Origin: an uncultured Methanosarcinales archaeon
Lineage (GTDB): Archaea; Nanobdellota; Nanobdellia; Woesearchaeales; JAHJBD01
Direction: 5' to 3'
Length of the DNA stretch: 64,000 bases
Assembly: GCA_964534665.1 (NCBI GenBank)
Contig: CAZHRT010000002.1
Location: forward strand, 42,231 to 106,230
Below the pieces are notes generated by a model. It had not been told where the DNA came from. It did no database searches and worked only from the letters and a program-made list of their open reading frames with translations. Shown piece after piece: positions 30,025 to 40,180 of this stretch. The translations under genes and the position numbers were made by a program. Position 1 is the stretch's first letter; every line of letters begins with the position of its first letter.

Positions 30025-32751
30025 ATGAACAAAAATTGGTTTATGAGGATGATTATTTTTGTTATAGTTCTATTATTTATGTCTATATCAGGCCTAACTG
30101 GACTAATTACTGATTTCTTGTGGTTTAATGCATTAGGGTTTGAAGATATTTTCTTAATAACACTTTTCTCTAAGATTAGATTATTTGTAATCTCAGCAGC
30201 AATTTTTTTCACTTTTGCAATTACTAATATTTGGATATCTTCAAAAATAACTAAGAAAGATAAATATCCCTTCAAATTAAAATTATCAATCATAACAGTA
30301 TTATCCATTGTAATTGGTATGGGGGTTTCTTCAGAATGGTTTAAGTTCTTACAATTTATTAATCAAACACCATTTAATATAATTGACCCAATTTTTGCAA
30401 AAGATGTTTCATTCTATATTTTCTCATTACCTTTCTATCAATTTATTTTAGGATTTTTGATGAGCACAATAGTTATAACAACCATACTAGTTGTATTAAA
30501 TTATTTAAGTTCATTTATAGATTTTAATCAAACCTTAACTAAACCAAAAGTCGTTTCTGAAGGAGCAATTCCCATACAATCACCTAAATTATTTGATTTT
30601 AAGACACTATTTACTAAAAGAAAAGCAATAATTCATTCAGGAACCTTAATCTCAATATTCTTTTTATTTTTAGCCGTAAAGCATTATCTTTCAAGATTTT
30701 CAATAATGTATTCACAGCAAGGCATTGTTGTAGGTGCTGGTTATTCAGATGTTGTTGCATATTTACCAATGATCAAAATTATGATGTTTTTAGCTATTGT
30801 TGTCGCAGTATTGCTTTTAGTTTGGGTATTTGTTATTTCAAAACAACCTAAGTTAAGAAAAAGACATATTTTTGTTTATGCACTAGTTCTTTATATCATG
30901 TTTGGGTTTGTAGGACCAACTGTCATTCCAGGTATTGTGCAAACTTTAAAAGTTTCGCCCAATGAAATCAACCTTGAAAAACCTTACATTGAAAACAACA
31001 TAAAATTTACAAGAATGGCTTACGGTTTAGGCGATGTTGAAGAAAAAGATTTCGATGTTAATATGGGATTAACTTCCAATATTTTGGATGAAGCAAAAGA
31101 AACTATTGATAATGTTAGAATCCTAGATTGGAGACCTCTAACAAAAACCTATAAACAAACTCAAGAAATAAGATTGTATTATGATCTTGCAGGTATAGAC
31201 ATTGACAGATATAATATTGATGGAAAATATACACAAGTAATGCTTGCTCCAAGAGAACTAGATCAGAACCAGATTACTGAAAATGCAAAAACATGGGTAA
31301 ATTTGCATATGGTTTATACACATGGTTTTGGAGTTGTAATGAGTCCAGTAAACCAAGTTACAAAACAAGGTTTGCCTGATTATTTTATTAAAGATATTCC
31401 TCCAATTTATACAGTTGATGAAGAAAACTTAAAAATTTCAAAACCTCAAGTATATTATGGGGAAAAAGATAATGGGTTTGTTTTAGTTAATACTAAAACA
31501 AATGAGTTTGATTATCCTAAAGGCAATACTAATGAATATATTAATTATGGCGGTAAAGGCGGCATAGTATTAAATTCTTTTTTAAGAAAAGTATTAATGG
31601 CTATAAGGTTTGGAGACTTTAAGATACTATTATCTTCAGACATATCAGAAGAAAGCAAAATAATGTTTACAAGGCACATTGTAAAAAGAATTTCAAAGAT
31701 AACTCCATTTATAGAATTAGACAATGACCCATACTTAGTTATTGATAATGGTAAGTTATTATGGTTAGTAGATGGATATACTGTCTCTGGAAATTATCCT
31801 TATTCTGAGAAATACGGGCAAATAAATTACATAAGAAATTCTGTAAAAGTTGTTGTTGATGCTTACGATGGGTCTGTTACATATTATGTTATGAATACAA
31901 ATGATCCAATCATAGAAACTTATACAAAGATTTTTCCAAAACAGTTTAAACAATTTGAAGATATGCCTGAAAGTATAAGGGAACATATTAGATATCCAGT
32001 TGACTTGTTTAAGATACAATCTCAAATCTATAGTACTTATCATATGGACGATGTTAAAGTCTTTTACAATAAAGAAGATGCATGGCAGATTCCTAATGAG
32101 GTTTATGGTGTTGGCCAGAAAGTTAAAGTAGAGCCTTATTATATAATAATCAAACTTCCAAATGAAGATAAAGAAGAATTTGTTTTAATGACTTCCTTTA
32201 CACCAATAAAAAAAGATAATATGATAGCATGGATGGCCGCACGTTCAGATGGGGATAATTATGGAAAGCTGATATTATATAAATTCCAAAAAGATAAATT
32301 AATTTATGGTCCTTTACAAATTGAAGCAAAAATTGATCAAGATTCTGAAATTTCACAACAACTTACCCTTTGGAGTCAGCAGGGTTCTAGGGTAACAAGG
32401 GGGAATTTATTGATTATACCTATAAATGATAGCATCCTTTATATCGAGCCATTATATATTCAGGCAGAAACAGGGCAATTGCCTGAACTAAAACGTGTTT
32501 TGGTTTCTGATGGTGAAAGGGTTGTAATGGAAGAAAACCTAGTGTTAGCTTTGGAAGCTTTGTTTGGTCAATCCAAAGTTGTTAAAGAAAAAATTACAAC
32601 AGGGATTGAGAAATCAGAAACTAATCTTGTGAAAGAAGCACAGACATATTATAGCCTTGTAGAAGAATCTATGAGGAAAGGAGATTGGCAAGGTATTGGT
32701 GATAATCTTGATAAGTTAGGTATTGTTATTGAAGCATTGAAGATTGAGTAA
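30025..32751 (+). CDS. large polytopic membrane protein, UPF0182-like
   Basis: 908 aa, ~8 N-terminal TM helices then large soluble region; family call by overall architecture only. Confidence 0.35.
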   Translation: MNKNWFMRMIIFVIVLLFMSISGLTGLITDFLWFNALGFEDIFLITLFSKIRLFVISAAIFFTFAITNIWISSKITKKDKYPFKLKLSIITVLSIVIGMGVSSEWFKFLQFINQTPFNIIDPIFAKDVSFYIFSLPFYQFILGFLMSTIVITTILVVLNYLSSFIDFNQTLTKPKVVSEGAIPIQSPKLFDFKTLFTKRKAIIHSGTLISIFFLFLAVKHYLSRFSIMYSQQGIVVGAGYSDVVAYLPMIKIMMFLAIVVAVLLLVWVFVISKQPKLRKRHIFVYALVLYIMFGFVGPTVIPGIVQTLKVSPNEINLEKPYIENNIKFTRMAYGLGDVEEKDFDVNMGLTSNILDEAKETIDNVRILDWRPLTKTYKQTQEIRLYYDLAGIDIDRYNIDGKYTQVMLAPRELDQNQITENAKTWVNLHMVYTHGFGVVMSPVNQVTKQGLPDYFIKDIPPIYTVDEENLKISKPQVYYGEKDNGFVLVNTKTNEFDYPKGNTNEYINYGGKGGIVLNSFLRKVLMAIRFGDFKILLSSDISEESKIMFTRHIVKRISKITPFIELDNDPYLVIDNGKLLWLVDGYTVSGNYPYSEKYGQINYIRNSVKVVVDAYDGSVTYYVMNTNDPIIETYTKIFPKQFKQFEDMPESIREHIRYPVDLFKIQSQIYSTYHMDDVKVFYNKEDAWQIPNEVYGVGQKVKVEPYYIIIKLPNEDKEEFVLMTSFTPIKKDNMIAWMAARSDGDNYGKLILYKFQKDKLIYGPLQIEAKIDQDSEISQQLTLWSQQGSRVTRGNLLIIPINDSILYIEPLYIQAETGQLPELKRVLVSDGERVVMEENLVLALEALFGQSKVVKEKITTGIEKSETNLVKEAQTYYSLVEESMRKGDWQGIGDNLDKLGIVIEALKIE

Positions 32752-32765
32752 ATATATAACAATTC

Positions 32766-33155
32766 TTATTCTTCTCTAATCATTGGTGGTACAGGATAAT
32801 AAAAATAATTGTAAATAATATCATACATTACATTTATACAAAACTCAAACTGTGTTGCACTTGTTAAATTATTCAACTCTTGAACCATCATGTCAATAAC
32901 TCCAACAGATTCTCTATTTTCAGGGGTAACTTTTTCCCAATCTGGCATATGATCTTCAAATCTTAAAGAAGGATTCCTTGTTTTTTTCATTCTATAATCT
33001 TGTTCTTTAAAATCTAGATAATGTTCTCTCCATGTTTTTATTGGATGTTCTTGTATATATCCTACAACAGCATTAAAGCCGTTTTCATCATACACCCTTC
33101 TAGCCATATAAATAGAATTATAATAATCTTGATTTAGTGGTATTCTTTGTGCCAT
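32766..33155 (-). CDS. hypothetical protein, operon gene 8
   Basis: 129 aa; tight spacing (10 nt) after upstream gene. Confidence 0.4.
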   Translation of the reverse strand: MAQRIPLNQDYYNSIYMARRVYDENGFNAVVGYIQEHPIKTWREHYLDFKEQDYRMKKTRNPSLRFEDHMPDWEKVTPENRESVGVIDMMVQELNNLTSATQFEFCINVMYDIIYNYFYYPVPPMIREE

Positions 33156-33164
33156 ATTTTTATA

Positions 33165-33956
33165 TTACTCTAAAAACAAGTCTCTACCTAACCTTCTTAG
33201 CTTATCTCTGTTCCAGTTAACAACAGCTTGCAAGAAAACTACATTCATTGGATTATCCATGTTTAACAACTCTTCTAAGTCTTCTTGTTTAACTTCAGGA
33301 TCAGATATCCTTTCATGGAATGCTTTGTAACACAATAATTCTCTTAGTTCAGTCATTGTTTGAGCAGCTTCAAGCCTTGCTTCATATCCTGGTAAAACTT
33401 CTTCATCCTCACCAAAGAAAGCTAGATAACAATTTGCAGCATACGCAGGGTCAGCACCTTCAGAAATGTCAGTAAATGCCGGATGTTTTCTAAAAAAATC
33501 AACATATTCATCAGAATTCATATCATTTTTTGGTAACTCTGATTGAACTTCCCCTTCAGGTGTTTTCAATATTGCTTTATACAATTTTGTGCCTGCAACC
33601 ATAACTACTTTATCTAAACTACTTCCTTTATAACACGCACCTAACCTAACTGGTTCTTTCTTTTCTTCCTCTTCTTCATCACCATGATAACCTCTACGTC
33701 GTCTTTTATTTGGTATTAAAATAATTCTCTTTTTAGTATACCTATAACATTCATCAGCCAAAGCTAATTTAGGAACACAATTCTCAGAACCGTCTGCTTT
33801 AGTTGTTAACATTGTAACTTGTGCAGGTAAATGTTCAATCATGTAATGTGCAAGTAAACTATTTCTTACACTTCTTGATGATAAATGTGTATATTGTACA
33901 TATGGTACTTGATGTGCAAATACATTTGTAACATTATCTGCGTGGTCTTGCAACAT
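33165..33956 (-). CDS. hypothetical protein, operon gene 7
   Basis: 263 aa; acidic EEEEEKKE patch; overlaps upstream gene. Confidence 0.4.
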   Translation of the reverse strand: MLQDHADNVTNVFAHQVPYVQYTHLSSRSVRNSLLAHYMIEHLPAQVTMLTTKADGSENCVPKLALADECYRYTKKRIILIPNKRRRRGYHGDEEEEEKKEPVRLGACYKGSSLDKVVMVAGTKLYKAILKTPEGEVQSELPKNDMNSDEYVDFFRKHPAFTDISEGADPAYAANCYLAFFGEDEEVLPGYEARLEAAQTMTELRELLCYKAFHERISDPEVKQEDLEELLNMDNPMNVVFLQAVVNWNRDKLRRLGRDLFLE

Positions 33957-34944
33957 TTTTCATTACCTCACAACATTTTAAGAATTGATCATAATCAATT
34001 TCTGCCATATAAATTTGATGATCAGCTTCATCAGTAAAATTAGGTCCACAAATTGTAAGCAATTGTCTTACAACACCAGATTTACGGAATATTCCTTTTC
34101 TTTCATAATAATCATAAACTGTTTTTCTTATTGTTTCTCTAAATGCATCCGCAGGGGTTTCATTAGGTCCAGGAATCTCATTTTTTCTAACTTCTTTTAT
34201 ACTAACAGTCTCAACACCATAATCATGATATAAACATACCCTCTTTCCTTCTCTTTTTAAAACAAGGTATCTTCCAGAAAAAGTAGCTTCTACATGCCCC
34301 CTTCTTTTTTGAGCACTATTATGCATTACTCTAATATGACTTTTTCCACCTCTATAATTACCTGTTTCAAACTCTTCAGCAAGAATTTCTAATGGGTCTT
34401 CTTCTTCAAAAGGTTCCTCATCAACAATTTCTGCCATATCTGTTCTTTGTCTTAATGCAACATAATCTCCAACTCTTATCTTAGTACCAGGACTTTGTGT
34501 TGGTATTAATCTTTGTAATGATGTTGGATCATAATTTGCTTGTTCTTCACATGTTCTTACTGTAGTTTGTGTTCCATCCCAATGACTCTGTCTTTTTGCT
34601 GTAACAACACCAATACCTGTTCCACGATTATATCCACCATAAAAACTAAATGAACCAAAAGCAGGAATTCCAACAGCAACAACATCGCCCTCATTAATCT
34701 CTCCACCTTTGTCCATTTTTAAATAAGTGTGTTCTAAACCTAAAGCTCTGATAGTATAATCTAAAAAATTTTCATCTGCTTTTGGTCCATCAACAAACAC
34801 TCCAGTATCAGCCATAATATCTTCCCATAATTGAAATTTAAACCTATCATGGAATAAAGTATTAGCAGTATTTCTAAGTCTCTGAACTAGTGTTTCTAGT
34901 TGAGGTGTTTGTGTTTGTGCAAATGCTCTTACTGCTTTAATCAT
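33934..34944 (-). CDS. hypothetical protein, operon gene 6
   Basis: 336 aa; 4-nt overlap with gene 5. Confidence 0.4.
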   Translation of the reverse strand: MIKAVRAFAQTQTPQLETLVQRLRNTANTLFHDRFKFQLWEDIMADTGVFVDGPKADENFLDYTIRALGLEHTYLKMDKGGEINEGDVVAVGIPAFGSFSFYGGYNRGTGIGVVTAKRQSHWDGTQTTVRTCEEQANYDPTSLQRLIPTQSPGTKIRVGDYVALRQRTDMAEIVDEEPFEEEDPLEILAEEFETGNYRGGKSHIRVMHNSAQKRRGHVEATFSGRYLVLKREGKRVCLYHDYGVETVSIKEVRKNEIPGPNETPADAFRETIRKTVYDYYERKGIFRKSGVVRQLLTICGPNFTDEADHQIYMAEIDYDQFLKCCEVMKNVARPRR

Positions 34945-35849
34945 CTTAGCTTCTCCTCGCCTAGTGCTAAAGTATATTGCAATACAGTATGATAAAACAT
35001 AGTTGGGATATCTATTCTTCCCTGTAATAATCTATCAATATTACATTCTATTACTTGATCATCAACAAATTCTTGGTATGTTTTTATTCCTGTTAATAAA
35101 ACAAGATCAAAAGCAGACTTTGCTTTTCTTAATGGTGCTTCAAAACCTTCAATTGAAGGATAAAAAACATTTGCAGCAATAACTGCTCTTGGGTCTAATG
35201 GTACTAGACATTGACCAGGTTTTTCATAAGGTTCAGTTCTTTCTTTTTTGAAAGTTTTAGGTGTCTTTATTGTGCCTGATTCAGGAAGCCCCCAATGCTG
35301 ATAATAAAGGTGCACCAAAGATTTTGTATAAATTCCAAGGGCAATACCTCTTGCTAACTCATCAATTGGTTTTTGAGCAAAAGCATGTCTTTTTTCTTTA
35401 TACTTTTCCTTATCATCTCTATGTACAAATTCTTCTTCATGTTTATGATTAATTAAATAAGTTTGATGAATTCTTATTAAAGAAATTCTTTTAATTGCAT
35501 CATTGATATTGCCTGCTGAAGCAGCAAGTACAACCCCTAAGAAAGGACTAGTAGCAGAACTCATTGATTTAGTTTCAGAACATAAGTACTCAAGTAAGCA
35601 TATTGTTGAAGCATCGTATAATTCAGGTAAATCACCTTCTACTGTAGCATCATGATCATCCCACATCATAGCCCTTCTTCTACTTTGTCCAACCTCAAAC
35701 TTTGCAGTCTTGCTTCTTGCAAGACAACTAGCTATTTTCATGATAGGATCAAAAGGTTGTCCTTCTAATTCAACCATCTCTTCTTCAGGCGCTTGAACTG
35801 TTTGTTGCCTTAATTCTCTTATAATTGATGCAGTAAGATCATCTGACAT
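34941..35849 (-). CDS. hypothetical protein, operon gene 5
   Basis: 302 aa; 11-nt overlap with E1-like gene. Confidence 0.4.
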   Translation of the reverse strand: MSDDLTASIIRELRQQTVQAPEEEMVELEGQPFDPIMKIASCLARSKTAKFEVGQSRRRAMMWDDHDATVEGDLPELYDASTICLLEYLCSETKSMSSATSPFLGVVLAASAGNINDAIKRISLIRIHQTYLINHKHEEEFVHRDDKEKYKEKRHAFAQKPIDELARGIALGIYTKSLVHLYYQHWGLPESGTIKTPKTFKKERTEPYEKPGQCLVPLDPRAVIAANVFYPSIEGFEAPLRKAKSAFDLVLLTGIKTYQEFVDDQVIECNIDRLLQGRIDIPTMFYHTVLQYTLALGEEKLR

Positions 35850-37287
35850 TGTGTTCTAAAGCACCTCCTTTAACATGGTTGCAAACTCCATCCTTATTTT
35901 GTACAAATAATCTTCCAGGTTGTTGTGGATCATAGGTGACCATTCCATTAAATACAGCACCATATTGTTCTGGAAGAAATATGTTAGCTAACATCATTGA
36001 TGATAAAGCACCAACACTTTGATTTATCCAAGTATTTTGTGGAGTAAATTCTCTACCACAACTCTGTCTTCTTTTAGCTTCATCTTTTTCTCCAAGATCA
36101 TTAATACCAAAATTACAATCAAAACATAATGTTGTATTAGGAACATAAACTTCAAGGTCAAAACCATCAGACCGTCCTGATGCACTTACTAAAGGTGTAA
36201 AATCTCCTATTGCTCTATGGCTTACTAACATTCTAGAATATAAATTATCAAACCCATCAAAATATACATCATATCCTCTTGAAGGGTTCCAATCAGGTGT
36301 AAGTTTCTCTATTATTGCATCTGATTTAGTATCTTGATCAGAGATAAAACTAACTTTACCTTGAGCTGCAAAAGCTTTATCAAAACCTACTCTATCATAA
36401 TAAAGAAATGTTCTAATTACATTTGATCTTTCAACATCATCATAATCAAGAAAATCTACTCTGCCAAAACCTAACCTTGCAAGCCAATAACCAACATTAG
36501 CACCTACAGCACCTGCACCATAAACTAAAGCACTTTTTTCTCTAAACATCTCTGGGTCTAATACCATAAGTTCATCATCAATTGTTTTAGGTCTAAACAT
36601 ATCATCATTATCCCCTAATTTAAAATACAAAGGTGCTGTTGTTGTTTCATCTTTTCCTAATACTGCTTTAACTGCTTCATCAGCAGCAATACCAGACATA
36701 AAAGCAGCTACAATTTCTGTTGTAACATCTAAAGCAGCCCTACTAGCATCAACTTTTTGTTCAAGTGTACTCATGCCATTCATAAAAAGGTGTTTAGATG
36801 GATCTTGACCAGGACGCCAAACTGCCATCTTAGCATAACCTGGTATTGTAGAAGTACTGATAAAAGGAATTTGATTTTTTAATGCATAACTAAGTGCAAC
36901 AGCTTTTGACCTTTCATCTGTAGTACAATCAATTATTACCTTTGAATTTTCTAAAAATAGTGCAGGGTTTCCATATCCTAATTGCCCTTCAATTCCAGCA
37001 ACATTTTGCATGGGGGTCATTTGATTAAAAGCAGAATCATAAGCATGAGCTCTTGCTCCAGGAGAAGTTTCAATATCAATAACTTTTTCATCTTCTCCAG
37101 TTTGCGATGCCCCAACAAGTTTTACTGGCATACCAGACATTGCAAAGGGTAAACCAAAATATTTGCCTGCAACACTATCAAATACAACAGTAACAACAGA
37201 TTTCTGAAGTTTTTCAAGGCCATCTCTACCTACTGCTCTTATCAACCTATCAAATCTATCCATATCTAAATTAGGCACGGCTATCAC
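35839..37287 (-). CDS. tandem-domain ThiF/MoeB/E1-like enzyme (degenerate N-terminal E1-like domain + intact C-terminal adenylation domain)
   Basis: C-domain KSALVYGAGAVGANVGYWLARLGFGRVDFLDYDDVERSNVIRT, YDVYFDGFDNLYSRMLV, PLVSASGRSDGFDLEVYV...LCFDC align block-for-block with E. coli MoeB; N-domain RFDRLIRAVGRDGLEKLQKSVVTVVFDSVAG and KVIIDCTTDERSKAV keep the fold signature but lose the GxGxxG loop. Confidence 0.75.
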   Translation of the reverse strand: MIAVPNLDMDRFDRLIRAVGRDGLEKLQKSVVTVVFDSVAGKYFGLPFAMSGMPVKLVGASQTGEDEKVIDIETSPGARAHAYDSAFNQMTPMQNVAGIEGQLGYGNPALFLENSKVIIDCTTDERSKAVALSYALKNQIPFISTSTIPGYAKMAVWRPGQDPSKHLFMNGMSTLEQKVDASRAALDVTTEIVAAFMSGIAADEAVKAVLGKDETTTAPLYFKLGDNDDMFRPKTIDDELMVLDPEMFREKSALVYGAGAVGANVGYWLARLGFGRVDFLDYDDVERSNVIRTFLYYDRVGFDKAFAAQGKVSFISDQDTKSDAIIEKLTPDWNPSRGYDVYFDGFDNLYSRMLVSHRAIGDFTPLVSASGRSDGFDLEVYVPNTTLCFDCNFGINDLGEKDEAKRRQSCGREFTPQNTWINQSVGALSSMMLANIFLPEQYGAVFNGMVTYDPQQPGRLFVQNKDGVCNHVKGGALEHNVR

Positions 37288-38758
37288 CCATACTAATCAA
37301 TAAAGGAATATAATGTTCAATTATACCTGAAAGATATGCTAAATCTGTTCCTTTAAACCGATCAATAAATTCTCTTCCTAATTCATCTGTTTCAGCATCT
37401 GCCCACGATATTATCATAGGTTTGCTAAGTTTATCAACAGGGGGTTTTAACATCATACCTTCTGCATTTACAATATCTTCAAACAAGGGACCAACTCCTT
37501 GAACAGCATCATCTAAATGATATTCTGATTGTTGCCATTGGTTATCTAAGAATTCTGAAAAAAGTGAAAACATATACATTGAATATTTTGCTTGTTCATC
37601 TGTGCAATGTTCTGTATAATATCTTACGGCATCATAAAATTGCTCAGCAGGGGTTGTTTCTTTGCTACCTTTTGCAACCATTGTTACAGATTCAGATGGC
37701 CAATATTTTTTCCATAAATCATAAGCAGCATCGCCAAACAAACCTTCTTTTGCTCTAAGTGCATTTCTTTTATCTGCATGATGAGAACCAGCATAATGGA
37801 CAGATACAGTCTTTTTATTCCAACTAACTTTTCTGTCAACTTCTTCTTCTAAACTATCCCATGTAAAAGGAATTCCTCTTCCAGAATCAATAACATTAAC
37901 ATCAACAAAAAATGATTCTTCATATGTTCCATCAACTGCACCTTGTGCAAGCAATGCAATCTCACCAAATACTTGGGATGCATCTTGATTATATATCAAA
38001 CTTGTTGCAGTACTAACAAACCTATTTTGTTCAGCAGTAATTCTTACTTGTCTTTCAAGATGTCTTGCAATAACTGCTCTTAAACCACCAACAGGTTCAA
38101 GAACTTGCGCATCTAAACCAATATCTCTAAGAAAAGCTCTTTCTTCATCAACACTACCTAACCCATAAATCAATGTAATGTCATTTTGATCAGCACCAAC
38201 TAACCTTAAACTATCTCCATCTAAAGAAGTTCTAAACCCACTAGTGTGATCAAAACAGTCTGGATGTTGGCTAAGAAATTCAGTTGCTCTTGCTTGCCAA
38301 TGTAAATAATCAGACAAATTCCTAACATCTTTACTCAAAGACCTTACTGGCATTCCAGTACAAAAACCATGTCTATGCACAATACCAGTCATTATTAATT
38401 CTTGATCTGTACCTAATCTACCTTCCCCTTGATTTCTTTGATATAATTCATCTAATGCTCTTTTAGCTTCTATTGGATTAAAATCAACATCACCACCAGT
38501 TACAATCTGTTTAACTTGTAATAATGTATCAATTATCAGTGCTGGGTTATCAGCTTCAGATAAATTATAACCATACCATTCATAATGGTTGCCACTAAGT
38601 TCATCTAATATTACACCTACTGCACTATTTTTTTCATGAGCAACAGTATCAATTGTTACTTCTTGAAAAGGTAAAAGATATGATCTATCTTCTTTTGGAG
38701 CTAAAGCTGCTTGTACTGCCATTAATTCTCTTTCATCAGCTGATCTATCTCCTTGCAC
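37271..38758 (-). CDS. hypothetical protein, operon gene 3
   Basis: 495 aa; overlaps neighbours by 17 and 14 nt. Confidence 0.4.
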   Translation of the reverse strand: MQGDRSADERELMAVQAALAPKEDRSYLLPFQEVTIDTVAHEKNSAVGVILDELSGNHYEWYGYNLSEADNPALIIDTLLQVKQIVTGGDVDFNPIEAKRALDELYQRNQGEGRLGTDQELIMTGIVHRHGFCTGMPVRSLSKDVRNLSDYLHWQARATEFLSQHPDCFDHTSGFRTSLDGDSLRLVGADQNDITLIYGLGSVDEERAFLRDIGLDAQVLEPVGGLRAVIARHLERQVRITAEQNRFVSTATSLIYNQDASQVFGEIALLAQGAVDGTYEESFFVDVNVIDSGRGIPFTWDSLEEEVDRKVSWNKKTVSVHYAGSHHADKRNALRAKEGLFGDAAYDLWKKYWPSESVTMVAKGSKETTPAEQFYDAVRYYTEHCTDEQAKYSMYMFSLFSEFLDNQWQQSEYHLDDAVQGVGPLFEDIVNAEGMMLKPPVDKLSKPMIISWADAETDELGREFIDRFKGTDLAYLSGIIEHYIPLLISMGDSRA

Positions 38759-40178
38759 CCTTTTTTACCTCATGTATATTTGTTAACATATAACCTTGGG
38801 CTTGAGCAGAATCTTTTGTTAATAAAAAACCAGAATCAAGTAATTCTGCTTGTTGATCAAGGTTATAATGTCTATCAATAAAATCTTGTCTAAAACTATC
38901 TAAGAAATTTGTAGTTGCATAATTAAGAAATTCTATAAATCCTTCAGCACTCATAGGAAAATTAGGATATCCACCTACATGACATATTGTTCTTAATTTT
39001 CCATATCTTGTTCTCATGACTGGATCAACAATATTTACTTCTGAATAGAATGGTGCATCTTCTTTTATAGACCCACGATAAGTTACTCCACCTTCATTTT
39101 CATGATAACCAAGATATTGAATTTTTCCTTGTCTAAATACTAAGCCAATTCCAAAATCTCCAGCAAAACCATCATCATCACAATCTTTTGGTAAAAATAG
39201 ATTAGCATCATAAGTTGTTTGTCTTGCAAATTTAGGAATTCTCTTAAACACATAATAAATTTCACCATTACGATAAAAACCAATGTCTCTAAACCTAAAT
39301 TCATCACAATCCATTAACGGCATATACTCAACATCTTTCATAACAACCTTTTCCATATTATGTACTGCATCTCTAATCATTTCAAGTGCAGCAATTCTTA
39401 TTGTATGGGAAAACATACTAGAATAATTAGATTTTATTCTTGAAGCACTGAATAATTTAGGATTGTAAGTTCTAGTTTGACCATCAACACATACATGGAG
39501 GTCTTTATCATCTCCTTCTTTATCTAATTGGTATACTTTTCCTCCCAATATTAACATAGGCACATTTCTACTTACTTTTGAAAATATTGATGCTTCTCTT
39601 ACACTAAGTTCTCTTATTGCATGAGTATCATTTGGTAATTCCTCTGAAGCTAATCCAAAATTATCCCTAAAATCTCTATCCAGTTGTTCTTCAAGCCTTG
39701 CAACAGCGTGTGTCCTAACCTCAACAGTCTTTACTTGTCTCTCAATCTGATCACCCATTGCTTCAGCAATAATTTCTGAACCAGTTGGTACTTCTGTTTT
39801 ACCAGAGACTATTGCATCTACTCTATCTTCTAAAGGTGCAGCTATCATCTTAGGAAATATTTCATCAACAATAAACTTTAACAAATTATATCTGTGCGTA
39901 AAATCAAGAACACTTTTCCCATCCCTTTGTAGATGATCTTCAATATAATCAGTTTTTACAGTTTCAATTTCATCTCTGCTTTCTAATCTTGTTGCTCTTT
40001 CAATATCACTTATAGGTGTTCCACAACTTAAAGGGAAAAAAACTTGGCTGTCACCAACTCTTTGAACTAATGTATTTTCTGTTGCATTAGTTGTTGGCAT
40101 TCCAATAGAATATAGTCTATCACCAAAAAGCACCATGCTTTGACGATTATCAATAGCATGATCCAAAAAGGTCTTCAT
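38745..40178 (-). CDS. hypothetical protein, operon gene 2
   Basis: 477 aa. Confidence 0.4.
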   Translation of the reverse strand: MKTFLDHAIDNRQSMVLFGDRLYSIGMPTTNATENTLVQRVGDSQVFFPLSCGTPISDIERATRLESRDEIETVKTDYIEDHLQRDGKSVLDFTHRYNLLKFIVDEIFPKMIAAPLEDRVDAIVSGKTEVPTGSEIIAEAMGDQIERQVKTVEVRTHAVARLEEQLDRDFRDNFGLASEELPNDTHAIRELSVREASIFSKVSRNVPMLILGGKVYQLDKEGDDKDLHVCVDGQTRTYNPKLFSASRIKSNYSSMFSHTIRIAALEMIRDAVHNMEKVVMKDVEYMPLMDCDEFRFRDIGFYRNGEIYYVFKRIPKFARQTTYDANLFLPKDCDDDGFAGDFGIGLVFRQGKIQYLGYHENEGGVTYRGSIKEDAPFYSEVNIVDPVMRTRYGKLRTICHVGGYPNFPMSAEGFIEFLNYATTNFLDSFRQDFIDRHYNLDQQAELLDSGFLLTKDSAQAQGYMLTNIHEVKKGARR

Positions 40179-40180
40179 TT

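Noticed and set aside
29128-32043. ORFs 29128..29343(-), 29976..30308(-), 31765..32043(-)
   Set aside because: Shadows of 28931..29416 and of the 908-aa membrane protein gene.
38300-38360. JAMM/MPN-like stretch IMTGIVHRHGFCTGMPVRSLSKD in the 495-aa operon protein
   Set aside because: The spacing does not fit HxHx7Sx2D (Val where Ser is expected, Asp offset) and no upstream Glu block was found. Too weak to call a deubiquitinase.
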